From positions 37,974 through 101,973 of the forward strand of contig DASSXV010000044.1 of NCBI GenBank assembly GCA_035703635.1: DNA of 64,000 nt, read 5' to 3'. Origin of the DNA: Trueperaceae bacterium (lineage in GTDB: Bacteria; Deinococcota; Deinococci; Deinococcales; Trueperaceae). Below the pieces are notes generated by a model. That model did no database searches, was not told where the DNA came from, and saw only the letters and a program-made list of their open reading frames with translations. A program made the position numbers and the translations under genes. This document shows positions 55,959-64,000 of the stretch, one piece after another (the stretch's first letter is position 1; each line of letters opens with the position of its first letter).

Positions 55959-57259
55959 TACTCGCTCTTTGCGCGGTACAGGATCTCGCCCGCCTTGCGC
56001 ACTAACAACACGCCCTCGTCCTCGCGGTCGGCCCACTCCTCGACATCGATGGTGTCCGGGTCGAGGTAGCCGAGCGCCAAGGACGCACACTCTTCAGGCG
56101 ATACCCTCGACGCCAGCGTCACGCGGGCTCGCGGGAGCTCGACACCGTCGACGTAGTGGCCGTCGCCCCTAACATGTGTGGAGTGGGCCAGCACGCCGAG
56201 CGGGTAGTGCGAGAAGTCGCTCCACTGCTCCAAGAAGTACTCAAGCACGTGGTAGCCGATGGCCCTGATGTGAGTGCCGTGCACTGAACTCACGTCACTC
56301 AAGTGCGGAGCGTAGATGATCAGTTCGCCCCCCGCTTCAAGCGCGGGCTCGAGCTTGTACATGGCCTTACCTGCGGTCCACAGCTCCTCGTACATTGGCG
56401 GGGCGCACGACAAGATGCGCTTGTACGGTTTATCGACCCAACGCACGTGCCGCTCACTGGAGAGGTCCGCCGCCGCCGACCAAGCTTGCACAACGTCGCC
56501 GATGAACACGCCAGCGAGGTCGTTGCCAACGACGACGACGGCAGTCAGCGTGACTGGCGTGCTGAGCAGCTCGGCCGCGGCGTGGATCATGGCGCGCACC
56601 GGCGTGTCCTTGATGCCGATGGTGCCGCGCACGCCGGCAAGCGCACCTAGCCAATGCGTTACGTCGATCATGTCCGAGCCACTGATGCCAGGGAACAAGT
56701 ACTTGGCGCCGCCCGAGAACCCAACCACCTCGTGAGGGAACGTCGGGCCAAGTATCAGGATCTCATCGTGCTCGAGGGCCGCACGGTTGAGGCGCACGTC
56801 GACGTCGCCTCCAAGCGTTGGGTGCCAACGGTCACCAGCGATCTCCTTCACCCGCGACTGTGGCAGCGACCCGATGCTGACGAGGGTGCCTTCCTCGTAC
56901 CAGCCGTGGTTGACGATGCGCACGTTCGGGAAATCGCGCTCCTTCGTCTCGGCGGTGAGGCCGACGAGCCGTAAGAGGTGATCCGGGTCGAGGGGTACGT
57001 GCGTGCCGAGGGCCACCATGAAGGTCACAGCGCGTGCGTCGTCAAGCGCCTGCATGGTGCCGCGGAACAACAGTGGCAGAGGCACGCTACGCGTGTGGTC
57101 AGGGATCAGCACGAGCACGCTGCGGCCCGTGAACTGTCCAGCAAGGCCGGCGTTGAGGGCTTCGAGTACCTCCGTTTCTGAGAGGGTCTGACCCGCTAGC
57201 GCACGGCGCTGCACCCGGAGGCCGCCGGAAATCGACTGGTGATCGTTTGTCGTATCCAT
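55958..57259 (-). CDS. LarA-family (DUF2088, nickel-pincer nucleotide dependent) 2-hydroxyacid racemase/epimerase homologue
   Basis: LIPDHTRS, ALGTH, FPHEVVGFSGGAKYLFPG and VTHW align by eye to the LarA substrate-binding, catalytic His, cofactor-tethering Lys and Ni-ligand His contexts. Confidence 0.75.
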   Translation of the reverse strand: MDTTNDHQSISGGLRVQRRALAGQTLSETEVLEALNAGLAGQFTGRSVLVLIPDHTRSVPLPLLFRGTMQALDDARAVTFMVALGTHVPLDPDHLLRLVGLTAETKERDFPNVRIVNHGWYEEGTLVSIGSLPQSRVKEIAGDRWHPTLGGDVDVRLNRAALEHDEILILGPTFPHEVVGFSGGAKYLFPGISGSDMIDVTHWLGALAGVRGTIGIKDTPVRAMIHAAAELLSTPVTLTAVVVVGNDLAGVFIGDVVQAWSAAADLSSERHVRWVDKPYKRILSCAPPMYEELWTAGKAMYKLEPALEAGGELIIYAPHLSDVSSVHGTHIRAIGYHVLEYFLEQWSDFSHYPLGVLAHSTHVRGDGHYVDGVELPRARVTLASRVSPEECASLALGYLDPDTIDVEEWADREDEGVLLVRKAGEILYRAKSE

Positions 57260-57382
57260 CTGAGCACTACCCTAATCGTTCATGGCCGCTTCGGACAGCC
57301 TGGCAGTTCGCAAGAGTTGCTCGCCGCGAGCGCATGACAGGAGTCAACGTCACCACGCTAACCTCGGTAGTAGCATCAACTC

Positions 57383-57961
57383 GTGACGAGCACGCCCCGC
57401 TCCCCGCACGCGCCGCTGAAGGTCGTCGTGGTGTACGCCACCATGTTCGGCGCCACTGAGTTGGTGGCCGAGACGGTGGCTCACGCCCTGTCGGCCGAGT
57501 TCGGCGTCGAAGTGGCTTGCCGGGATGCCGCGTGGCTGGACTTCGCTGAGTTGCTGAACGCCGACCTCATCGTGATCGGCTCGTCGACTTGGAACATCGG
57601 GCAGCTACCGAGCGACTGGGAGCTGCGCCTGGATGAACTAGCGACGCTTGACCTGCACGGCAAGTACGTTGCGCTGTTCGGCACGGGCGACCGCCGCGGT
57701 TACCCCGACACTTACCTCGATGCCCTCGACACCATCGCCCGCGCGCTCACACCGACCGGCTGCACGCTCATCGGCGAGTGGTCGACGGCTGGTTACGTGT
57801 TCACCGGGTCCCTGGCGCTGCGCGGCGATAACTTCGTCGGGCTTGGCCTCGATGAGGACAACGACCCCGACCTCACCGCTGCTCGCGTGGACCTGTGGTG
57901 TGCGCAGTTGGCAAACGAGGTGAACGCGTTTCACGTGCTTGAGCGGGCTGGAGTCGCTTGA
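57383..57961 (+). CDS. Flavodoxin (long-chain type)
   Basis: KVVVVYATMFGATE (FMN phosphate loop), IGSSTWNIGQLPSDWE, ALFGTGDR..YPD.Y. GTG start 6 nt after a TAGCAT -10-like box. Confidence 0.8.
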   Translation: MTSTPRSPHAPLKVVVVYATMFGATELVAETVAHALSAEFGVEVACRDAAWLDFAELLNADLIVIGSSTWNIGQLPSDWELRLDELATLDLHGKYVALFGTGDRRGYPDTYLDALDTIARALTPTGCTLIGEWSTAGYVFTGSLALRGDNFVGLGLDEDNDPDLTAARVDLWCAQLANEVNAFHVLERAGVA

Positions 57962-58258
57962 GGACCGCCCTGTAGTTCTCATCCCCGGCCCGCGCCCGTG
58001 TGGGAAGAGCTCGCCATAACGGCACATCGGAGACGTGGGTGTGGGCGCAGCCCTATCGAGGGTAAGCGCCGCCGCGCTCTTTGAGGGCCAGTACGAGGTG
58101 GACGTGGTCCTGCCGCACGGTTGCGCGTTAAGGAACGCAGGCACTCGGTCGGGCTTGTTGCCGCCTATTACCAACTCGGCCTCGAGCCGCTCTGGTTCAC
58201 CTGCACCCGGTGACCACGGGCCCGCGCCCACACCGCCCCGGTTACAATCGTGAGCAAT

Positions 58259-60010
58259 ATGCGAAAAAACCAGGTGACAGTGCGCAGCGTACCGGCGTTG
58301 CTGCACGCTAGAGCCACCCAGACCGGCGTCGCCTTGCGCGTAAAGCGCTTCGGTTTGTGGGAGAAGATCTCGTGGGCGGATTACGCCGCCAAGGTGAACG
58401 CCTTGGCGCGCGAGATGATCCACTTTGGCTTGCGTGCCGGTGAGCGCGTGGCCGTACTGTGCGAGAACCGCCCTGAGTGGTTGATGGCCGACATGGCCAT
58501 CCAGAGCGCGGGCGCTGCCACGGTAGGCGTTTACACCACCAGCAGCCCTGAGCAGCTCGCGTACCACCTCAAGCATTCCGACGCGGTGGGGGTCATCCTC
58601 GAAGACGCCGAACAGCTCGAGAAGTGGCTGGCCGTGCGAGACGCCTGCCCGACGGTGCAGTGGGTCGTGGTCATCGAGCCGGAGGACGTCGAGGACACCC
58701 TCGCTTGGGACGCCGTCATGGCTAGCGGCGCAGCGCGCTACGCCGCCGACCCGCAACCGGTGGAAGACCGCTTAGCCGCCATCGACCCAGACGACACCGC
58801 CCTCTTCATCTACACCTCCGGCACCACTGGCGACCCCAAGGGCGCGAAGCTCTCGCACGCCAACCTCCTGTGGGCCATGGGTTCCCTCAACGAGGCCATG
58901 CCGCTGCAGCACGGCGACGAGCTCCTGTCGTTCCTGCCCCTTTCGCACATCGTCGAGCGGCTCATCAGCGTGGCGGCTCCCCTGCGTTACGGCTACACGG
59001 TGTCGTTCACGGAGAACCTCGACACGGTGCTCACCAACCTCCAAGAGATCCGCCCGACCATCTTCTTCGCGGTCCCGCGCATCTGGGAGAAGCTCCACTC
59101 GCTCGTCGAGCTGAAGATGAAGGACGCCAACGTCATCAAGCGCAAGGCGTACGGCGCGGCTCTCGGCGCGGCCAGACGCGGCAATCCCGTCGCGGTCGGC
59201 ATGGCGCAGTTGGCGGTGCTGAGGCTCCTGCGTTACCGCCTCGGGCTCGACCGCGTTAGGGTCGCCATCTCCGGCGCCGCGCCCATCGCGCCCGAGGTGC
59301 TGGCGTACTTCCGCGCCATTGGGGTAGACATTCGCGAGGGCTTCGGGCTCACCGAATCCACCGGCATCATCGCCATCCACCGCAGCGCAGGCCGCCTCGG
59401 CACCGTCGGCTTCCCGTTCCCCGGCGTGGACGTGAAGATCGCGGACGACGGTGAGATCCTCAGCCGCAGCGCAGGCAACTTCCTCGGCTACCACAAGGAC
59501 CCTGACGCCACTGCCCAAGCCTTAGCGGACGGCTGGTTGCATACTGGAGACGTCGGCGAGCTCGACGCAGACGGCCAACTCCGCATCACCGACCGCAAGA
59601 AGGACATCCTCATCACGGCGGGCGGCAAGAACATCGCCCCGCAGAAGATCGAGAACCAGCTCAAGTCGAGCCCCTACATCAACGACGCCGTCGTCATCGG
59701 CGACCGCCGCAGGTTCCTCACAGCGCTGCTCGTGCTCGACGAGGACAACGTCACGCACTGGGCCATGGAGCGTCAACTCGCGTACTCCACCTACACCGAC
59801 CTGGCAAGCAACCCGGAAGTGCGCGAGTTGATAGCTGCCGAGGTCGAGCGCGTTAACGCGACGCTCGCGCGGGTGGAGACGGTCAAGAAGTTCTCCATCC
59901 TCCCGAAGCGCCTCTACCACGAGGACGGCGAGGTCACCGCCACCCTCAAGGTCAAACGCTCGAGCATAGCGAGCAAGTACGAGCACCTCATCGAGGAGAT
60001 GTATGCCTGA
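58259..60010 (+). CDS. fadD: Long-chain-fatty-acid--CoA ligase (AMP-binding family)
   Basis: FIYTSGTTGDPKGAKLSH, GYGLTE-like GFGLTESTG, TGDVGELD, GKNIAPQ motifs. ATG 58259 (or GTG 58250) just downstream of TACAAT (58243-58248). Confidence 0.88.
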   Translation: MRKNQVTVRSVPALLHARATQTGVALRVKRFGLWEKISWADYAAKVNALAREMIHFGLRAGERVAVLCENRPEWLMADMAIQSAGAATVGVYTTSSPEQLAYHLKHSDAVGVILEDAEQLEKWLAVRDACPTVQWVVVIEPEDVEDTLAWDAVMASGAARYAADPQPVEDRLAAIDPDDTALFIYTSGTTGDPKGAKLSHANLLWAMGSLNEAMPLQHGDELLSFLPLSHIVERLISVAAPLRYGYTVSFTENLDTVLTNLQEIRPTIFFAVPRIWEKLHSLVELKMKDANVIKRKAYGAALGAARRGNPVAVGMAQLAVLRLLRYRLGLDRVRVAISGAAPIAPEVLAYFRAIGVDIREGFGLTESTGIIAIHRSAGRLGTVGFPFPGVDVKIADDGEILSRSAGNFLGYHKDPDATAQALADGWLHTGDVGELDADGQLRITDRKKDILITAGGKNIAPQKIENQLKSSPYINDAVVIGDRRRFLTALLVLDEDNVTHWAMERQLAYSTYTDLASNPEVRELIAAEVERVNATLARVETVKKFSILPKRLYHEDGEVTATLKVKRSSIASKYEHLIEEMYA

Positions 60011-60036
60011 GCGTCAAGGAACCATTTGGAGCACGC

Positions 60037-61014
60037 GTGCTCTTCCGTGAGCGTTACGAGAACGACCTGTGGCTCATCCGTGGGTCGCAGGCCTGGGTGA
60101 TCGCTGGCATAGCAGGAGCGGCGCTGCTTGCGCTGCCGCTCCTCGTCAAGGGTTACCTCATCTATAACGTCACGCTCTTCTTCGTTTACGCGCTAGTGGC
60201 ACTGTCGCTAGCGGTGCTCGTCGGGTTGACGGGGCAGGTGTCGTTAGGGCACGCCGGGTTCCTGGCGGCAGGCGCCTACACGCACGCCATCCTCACGCAG
60301 CAGGGCGTGCCTTACGTGCTCGCCATACTCGCGGCCGTTGCGGTGACCGCCCTGCTCGGTGTGCTGATCGGGGTGCCTGCCCTGCGGCTCGAGGGGCCGT
60401 ACTTGGCCATCGCGACGCTAGGTTTCGGCCTCGCCATCCAGCAGATCCTCAACAACTGGGCGCTAGTCGGAGCCTCGACCGGCACGCTCGTCGACAGGCC
60501 CATGCTGTTCGGCATCGACTTCTACGGCGACCGCCCCTACTACTACCTAGTGTTGGCGCTGGCTGGCTTCGTAACGTGGTTGCTATTCAACCTCGAGCGG
60601 TCGCACGTCGGTCGGGCGTTCAGGGCCACCCGCGACGCGGACCTAGCCGCGCAGATGAGCGGCATCGGCCTCGCCCGCTACAAGACCCTCGCCTTCGTGA
60701 TCTCGGCCGGCGTGGCTGGCCTAGCTGGCGCGCTGTATGGACCGCTCGTTGGCTACATCACGCCCGAAGGCTTCAACCTCATGCTCTCGATCAAGTTCCT
60801 CCTCATGACGATCGTCGGCGGGCTCGGGTTCCTGCCAGGCGCGCTGCTCGGTGCGGGTTTCATCACGGGCCTTGACGTCTACCTCTCCACCTTCCGCGCC
60901 TGGTCTCAGCTAGCGTTCGGTCTAGTCGTCATCGGCATCATGATGCTCGAGCCCGCTGGCCTTTACGGTCGCTGGCTGAAGATCAAGCGCTTCTGGAAGT
61001 CGTGGCCGCTGTGA
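60037..61014 (+). CDS. livM: Branched-chain amino acid-type ABC transporter permease (LivM-like)
   Basis: 325-aa polytopic protein, GQVSLGHAGFLAAGAY motif. Confidence 0.85.
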   Translation: MLFRERYENDLWLIRGSQAWVIAGIAGAALLALPLLVKGYLIYNVTLFFVYALVALSLAVLVGLTGQVSLGHAGFLAAGAYTHAILTQQGVPYVLAILAAVAVTALLGVLIGVPALRLEGPYLAIATLGFGLAIQQILNNWALVGASTGTLVDRPMLFGIDFYGDRPYYYLVLALAGFVTWLLFNLERSHVGRAFRATRDADLAAQMSGIGLARYKTLAFVISAGVAGLAGALYGPLVGYITPEGFNLMLSIKFLLMTIVGGLGFLPGALLGAGFITGLDVYLSTFRAWSQLAFGLVVIGIMMLEPAGLYGRWLKIKRFWKSWPL

Positions 61015-61033
61015 GAGGCGTGGGAGGGGCGCA

Positions 61034-61918
61034 GTGAACGGTCTAGACAGCCTCGTGCAAGCCCTCGTGAGCGGCGCCAGCATAGGCAGCGTCTACGCGC
61101 TGGTGGCGCTCGGGCTGGTGCTCCTTTACCGCACGACGCGCATCCTCAACTTCGCGCACGGCGACCTCGGGGTGGCAGGCACCTTCATCGCGTACACGCT
61201 CCTGACGCAACTGCGCATCCCGTTCGGCCTGTCGTTCCTCCTGGCTTTAGTCGCCGCAGCAGCGATAGGCATGCTCATCTACCTCCTGCTCGTGCGCCCA
61301 GCCAAGAACCAGAGCGAGCTCGGGCTGCTGATCCTCACCCTTGGCCTCGCACTGGCCCTCGGCGGGCTCGACGCGCTGCTGTTCGGCACCAGCAACAAGG
61401 TCGTGCCCACCCTCGTGCCCGACCAGATCCTGCGCTTCGGGGGGGTATCGCTCAGCCTCGTCTCGCTGATCACGTCGCTCTTCGGGGTGGTGCTCATGGT
61501 GGCGCTGTGGGCGCTCCTCACGTTCACGAAGCTCGGGGTGGCCATGCGCGCGGTCGCCCAGCGCGAGGACGTGGCCGAGGCCGTTGGCCTGCCGGTCCGC
61601 ACGGTGCTCATGGCCACTTGGGCGGCCGCCGCCGTCCTCGCCACCGCCGCCGCGCTCCTGTTCGCGCCAACCACGCTCCTGAACCCGACCATGATGCTCG
61701 ACCCGCTCAGTAAAGGCTTCGTGGCCGCCGTGATCGGCGGCATGAACTCGCTGCCTGGCGCCGTGCTTGGTGGTTACCTCCTCGGCATCCTCGAACTCCT
61801 CGTCGGCGTGTACATCTCGCTCGAGTTCAAGGCGTCGTTCGCGTTCCTCGTGGTGGTGTTAGTACTCGTCCTCAAGCCCCACGGTTTGCTAGGGAGGGCC
61901 GACGTGAAGCGCGTTTGA
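61034..61918 (+). CDS. livH: Branched-chain amino acid-type ABC transporter permease (LivH-like)
   Basis: 294 aa, YALVALGLVLLYRTTRILNFAHGD motif. Confidence 0.85.
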   Translation: MNGLDSLVQALVSGASIGSVYALVALGLVLLYRTTRILNFAHGDLGVAGTFIAYTLLTQLRIPFGLSFLLALVAAAAIGMLIYLLLVRPAKNQSELGLLILTLGLALALGGLDALLFGTSNKVVPTLVPDQILRFGGVSLSLVSLITSLFGVVLMVALWALLTFTKLGVAMRAVAQREDVAEAVGLPVRTVLMATWAAAAVLATAAALLFAPTTLLNPTMMLDPLSKGFVAAVIGGMNSLPGAVLGGYLLGILELLVGVYISLEFKASFAFLVVVLVLVLKPHGLLGRADVKRV

Positions 61919-62039
61919 GGCACGCGCTCCCGCTGTACCAGTTCAAGAACGTGGCGCTGCCGCGTTAACTCATGGCGTGGTACCGTTCTAGCCAAGGAAC
62001 CAATTCGAACCCCAGCCAGCGGCGGGGATAAGGAGCAGC

Positions 62040-63218
62040 ATGAAGCGGATCATCGCGGCAGTTACTCTAGCTTTCGTTATGGCGTTCGGCCACGCGGCCG
62101 AGCCAGGCATCACGGACTCCGAGATCGTCATCGGCAACTGGGGCCCCATGTCTGGGCCTGCGGCGGCGTGGGGGACGGTCACCACGGCCATAGAGGCGTA
62201 CTTCAAGTACATCAACGACCAGGGCGGTATCCACGGGCGCAAACTGGTCCTAGCAGCGCGTGACGACGGTTACGACCCGGCCCGCACGGTGGCCGCCGTA
62301 CGCGAGCTCATTGACCGCGAGAACGTCTTCGCCTTCGTCGGCGGCGTCGGCACCGCCAACGGCCTAGCCGCCATGCCGCTCATCCAGCGCGCGGGCGTGC
62401 CCTGGGTCGGGCCCGCCACCGGCTCCGAGGTCTTCTCTGAGCAGTCCAAGGGCCTGATCTACTCGACGTTCACCGATTACGTCGTCGAGGCCGTCCTCAT
62501 GACGCGCTACGCGGTGGAGACACTCGGCAGCAAGAACATCGCCATCTTCTACCAGAACGACGGTTACGGCCAGGCCGGCCTGCGCGGTCTCGAACAGGAA
62601 GTCGCCCGCCTCAAGGCGGCCGGTTACGACGTGACGGTCGGCGACAAGGTGAGCTACGAGCGCGGCACGACCAACCAGGGCGTGCAGGCGCTGCGCTTGC
62701 GCGGCTCCGGTGCAGACACCGTGCTCCTCTTCTCCGATCCGACCGCCGCCGCCACGCTAGTCAGCGAGTTCCAACGACTCGACTTCACGCCCCAGATGCT
62801 GGCGACCGTGACCCTGCTCGACCCGGCGCTCATGTCCAACCCCGGCATGCAGGGCGCGCTCTTCTCCGTCTTCCTGCGCCTGCCGAGCGTCATCGTCGGC
62901 GAGGGCAACGGCGACCCAATCGCCGACCAGATCTACCGTGACGTCGTCGTGGCGTACGCGCGCGAAGTCGCAGGGGATCCGTTCCGCGCCCTGGCAGGCG
63001 TGGCGTTCGCCCAACCGCTCGTCCTGGCGCTCGAGGCCGCCGGCCGTGACGTGACGCGCGCCTCGTTCATGGAGGCGCTCTCCAACATCTCCGGTTACAC
63101 GACGGGTCTGTACCACGACCTCACGTTCGGAGACGGCTACCAGGGCAACAACTCCGTCATGCTCCTGCAGGTGACCCCCCAAGGCCTGCGCCCAGTCTCC
63201 GACTGGCTCACGCTCTAG
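62040..63218 (+). CDS. ABC transporter substrate-binding protein (LivK / Peripla_BP_6 type)
   Basis: Signal peptide MKRIIAAVTLAFVMAFGHA, then GITDSEIVIGNWGPMSGPAAAWG, typical of type-I Leu/Ile/Val-binding-like proteins. Confidence 0.85.
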   Translation: MKRIIAAVTLAFVMAFGHAAEPGITDSEIVIGNWGPMSGPAAAWGTVTTAIEAYFKYINDQGGIHGRKLVLAARDDGYDPARTVAAVRELIDRENVFAFVGGVGTANGLAAMPLIQRAGVPWVGPATGSEVFSEQSKGLIYSTFTDYVVEAVLMTRYAVETLGSKNIAIFYQNDGYGQAGLRGLEQEVARLKAAGYDVTVGDKVSYERGTTNQGVQALRLRGSGADTVLLFSDPTAAATLVSEFQRLDFTPQMLATVTLLDPALMSNPGMQGALFSVFLRLPSVIVGEGNGDPIADQIYRDVVVAYAREVAGDPFRALAGVAFAQPLVLALEAAGRDVTRASFMEALSNISGYTTGLYHDLTFGDGYQGNNSVMLLQVTPQGLRPVSDWLTL

Positions 63219-63269
63219 GAACGGCGCTGGTGGGGCGCCCTATCGCGCGCCCCACCACTCTTATCTAAC

Positions 63270-64000
63270 GTGGCTTCACTATTGGAACTCGAGAAAGTAA
63301 CGCTCACCTTCCGTGGGCTTACCGCGCTGTCCGGCGTGTCTGCCGAGGTCGACGAGGGCGAAGTCGTGGCCGTCATCGGCCCGAACGGCGCGGGCAAGAC
63401 GAGTCTCTTCAACGTCATCTGCGGTTTCTACCGCCCGCAAAGCGGCGCGGTGCGCTGGCAAGGCCAAGAGATCACAGGCAAGCCGCCGCACATGGTCGCG
63501 CGCTTGGGCATAGGTAGGTCGTTCCAGAACATCGAGTTGTTCAAGTCACTGACGTGCCTAGACAACCTGCTCCTCGGCCGCCACCTGCACGTGAAGTCGA
63601 ACTTCGTCTCGGCCATGTTCGCGACGCGCGCCTGGGTGCGCGACGAGGTGGCGCAGCGCAGACGCGCTGAGGAACTCATGGACCTACTCGACCTGCAGGC
63701 GTACCGCGATCAGCACGTAGGGGCGTTGCCGTATGGCGTGCAGAAACTCATCGAGGTAGCGCGGGCACTGGCGGCCGAACCGAAACTACTACTCCTAGAC
63801 GAGCCGGCAGCTGGCATGACCGTGGAGGAGAAGGACGACATGATGGTCACCCTCCTGCGGCTGCGACGCGACCTCAACCTCACCATGCTCGTCGTCGAGC
63901 ACGACTTGCGCGTCGTGAGTCGCCTAGCCGACCGCGTAGTGGTGCTAGATCACGGCACGAAGATCGCTGACGGCGCCCCGCGCGAGGTGCAAGACAACCC
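63270..64000 (+). CDS. livG: ABC transporter ATP-binding protein (LivG-like), 3' end outside the window
   Basis: Not in the ORF track because it has no stop in the window. My translation is LELEKVTLTFRGLTALSGVSAEVDEGEVVAVIGPNGAGKTSLFNVI...LPYGVQKLIEVARALA..PKLLLLDEPAAGM. Start is GTG 63270 or TTG 63282. Confidence 0.85.
   Translation, partial: MASLLELEKVTLTFRGLTALSGVSAEVDEGEVVAVIGPNGAGKTSLFNVICGFYRPQSGAVRWQGQEITGKPPHMVARLGIGRSFQNIELFKSLTCLDNLLLGRHLHVKSNFVSAMFATRAWVRDEVAQRRRAEELMDLLDLQAYRDQHVGALPYGVQKLIEVARALAAEPKLLLLDEPAAGMTVEEKDDMMVTLLRLRRDLNLTMLVVEHDLRVVSRLADRVVVLDHGTKIADGAPREVQDN

Noticed and set aside
57638-58756. 372-aa minus-strand ORF spanning the flavodoxin 3' half, the 288-bp gap and the fadD 5' end
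   Set aside because: It is antisense to two well-supported genes. The composition is Arg/Gly/His/Pro-rich junk, typical of open antisense frames in high-GC DNA.
1-64000. Defence systems, CRISPR arrays, prophage, integrases, transposases, toxin-antitoxin pairs
   Set aside because: No direct-repeat/spacer array, no recombinase or transposase motif, and no compositional island was seen. Gene content is uniformly core and high-GC, so I do not claim any mobile or defence element.

Overview
This is a GC-rich bacterial chromosomal segment that is almost entirely coding. I call about 60 protein genes. I recognise no rRNA, tRNA, CRISPR array, transposase, integrase or phage gene.

The content is core housekeeping:
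- trkA-trkH, acs, ispF, and sufC-sufB-sufD followed by a Rieske ferredoxin
- a Hanks-type Ser/Thr kinase, uvrA, plsC, and two HU paralogues
- L-serine dehydratase (sdaAB/sdaAA), NDH-2, an OSBS/N-succinyl-amino-acid racemase, and a split mnmC-like pair
- pcrA/uvrD, minD-minE, hpf, and a rhomboid protease
- a 928-aa SlpA-type envelope protein (SLH domain, coiled coil, beta-barrel)
- thyX, rlmH, a DUF59/SufT-like protein, a SEDS (RodA/FtsW) protein, a BatA-like VWA protein, and an acyl-CoA carboxyltransferase
- the string rplU-rpmA-obg-yqeK-LCP-rsfS-yraN-trpF
- a double-module U32 protein, a DASS transporter, a larA-like/gntK pair, a flavodoxin, fadD, and a Liv-type ABC transporter

Several traits suggest a Deinococcus-Thermus lineage: the SlpA-type protein, the Lys-rich HU extensions, thyX, and many -10 boxes abutting start codons. 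This is inference and is not verified.

I see no obvious defence island or mobile element. The most unusual signals are:
1. A phased cluster of five DnaA-box 9-mers, two of them perfect, in a 330-bp gap (44040-44257). It is far from any dnaA/dnaN and has an orphan promoter between the box pairs.
2. A LarA-family (nickel-pincer) enzyme translationally coupled to gluconokinase.
3. A degenerate pseudo-receiver/coiled-coil protein appended to minDE, with no minC.
4. Two HU paralogues with histone-H1-like Lys/Ala/Pro tails.
5. A roughly 200-nt slpA leader with an internal strong Shine-Dalgarno (SD) sequence.

All functional calls come from reading motifs by eye. No database search was run.
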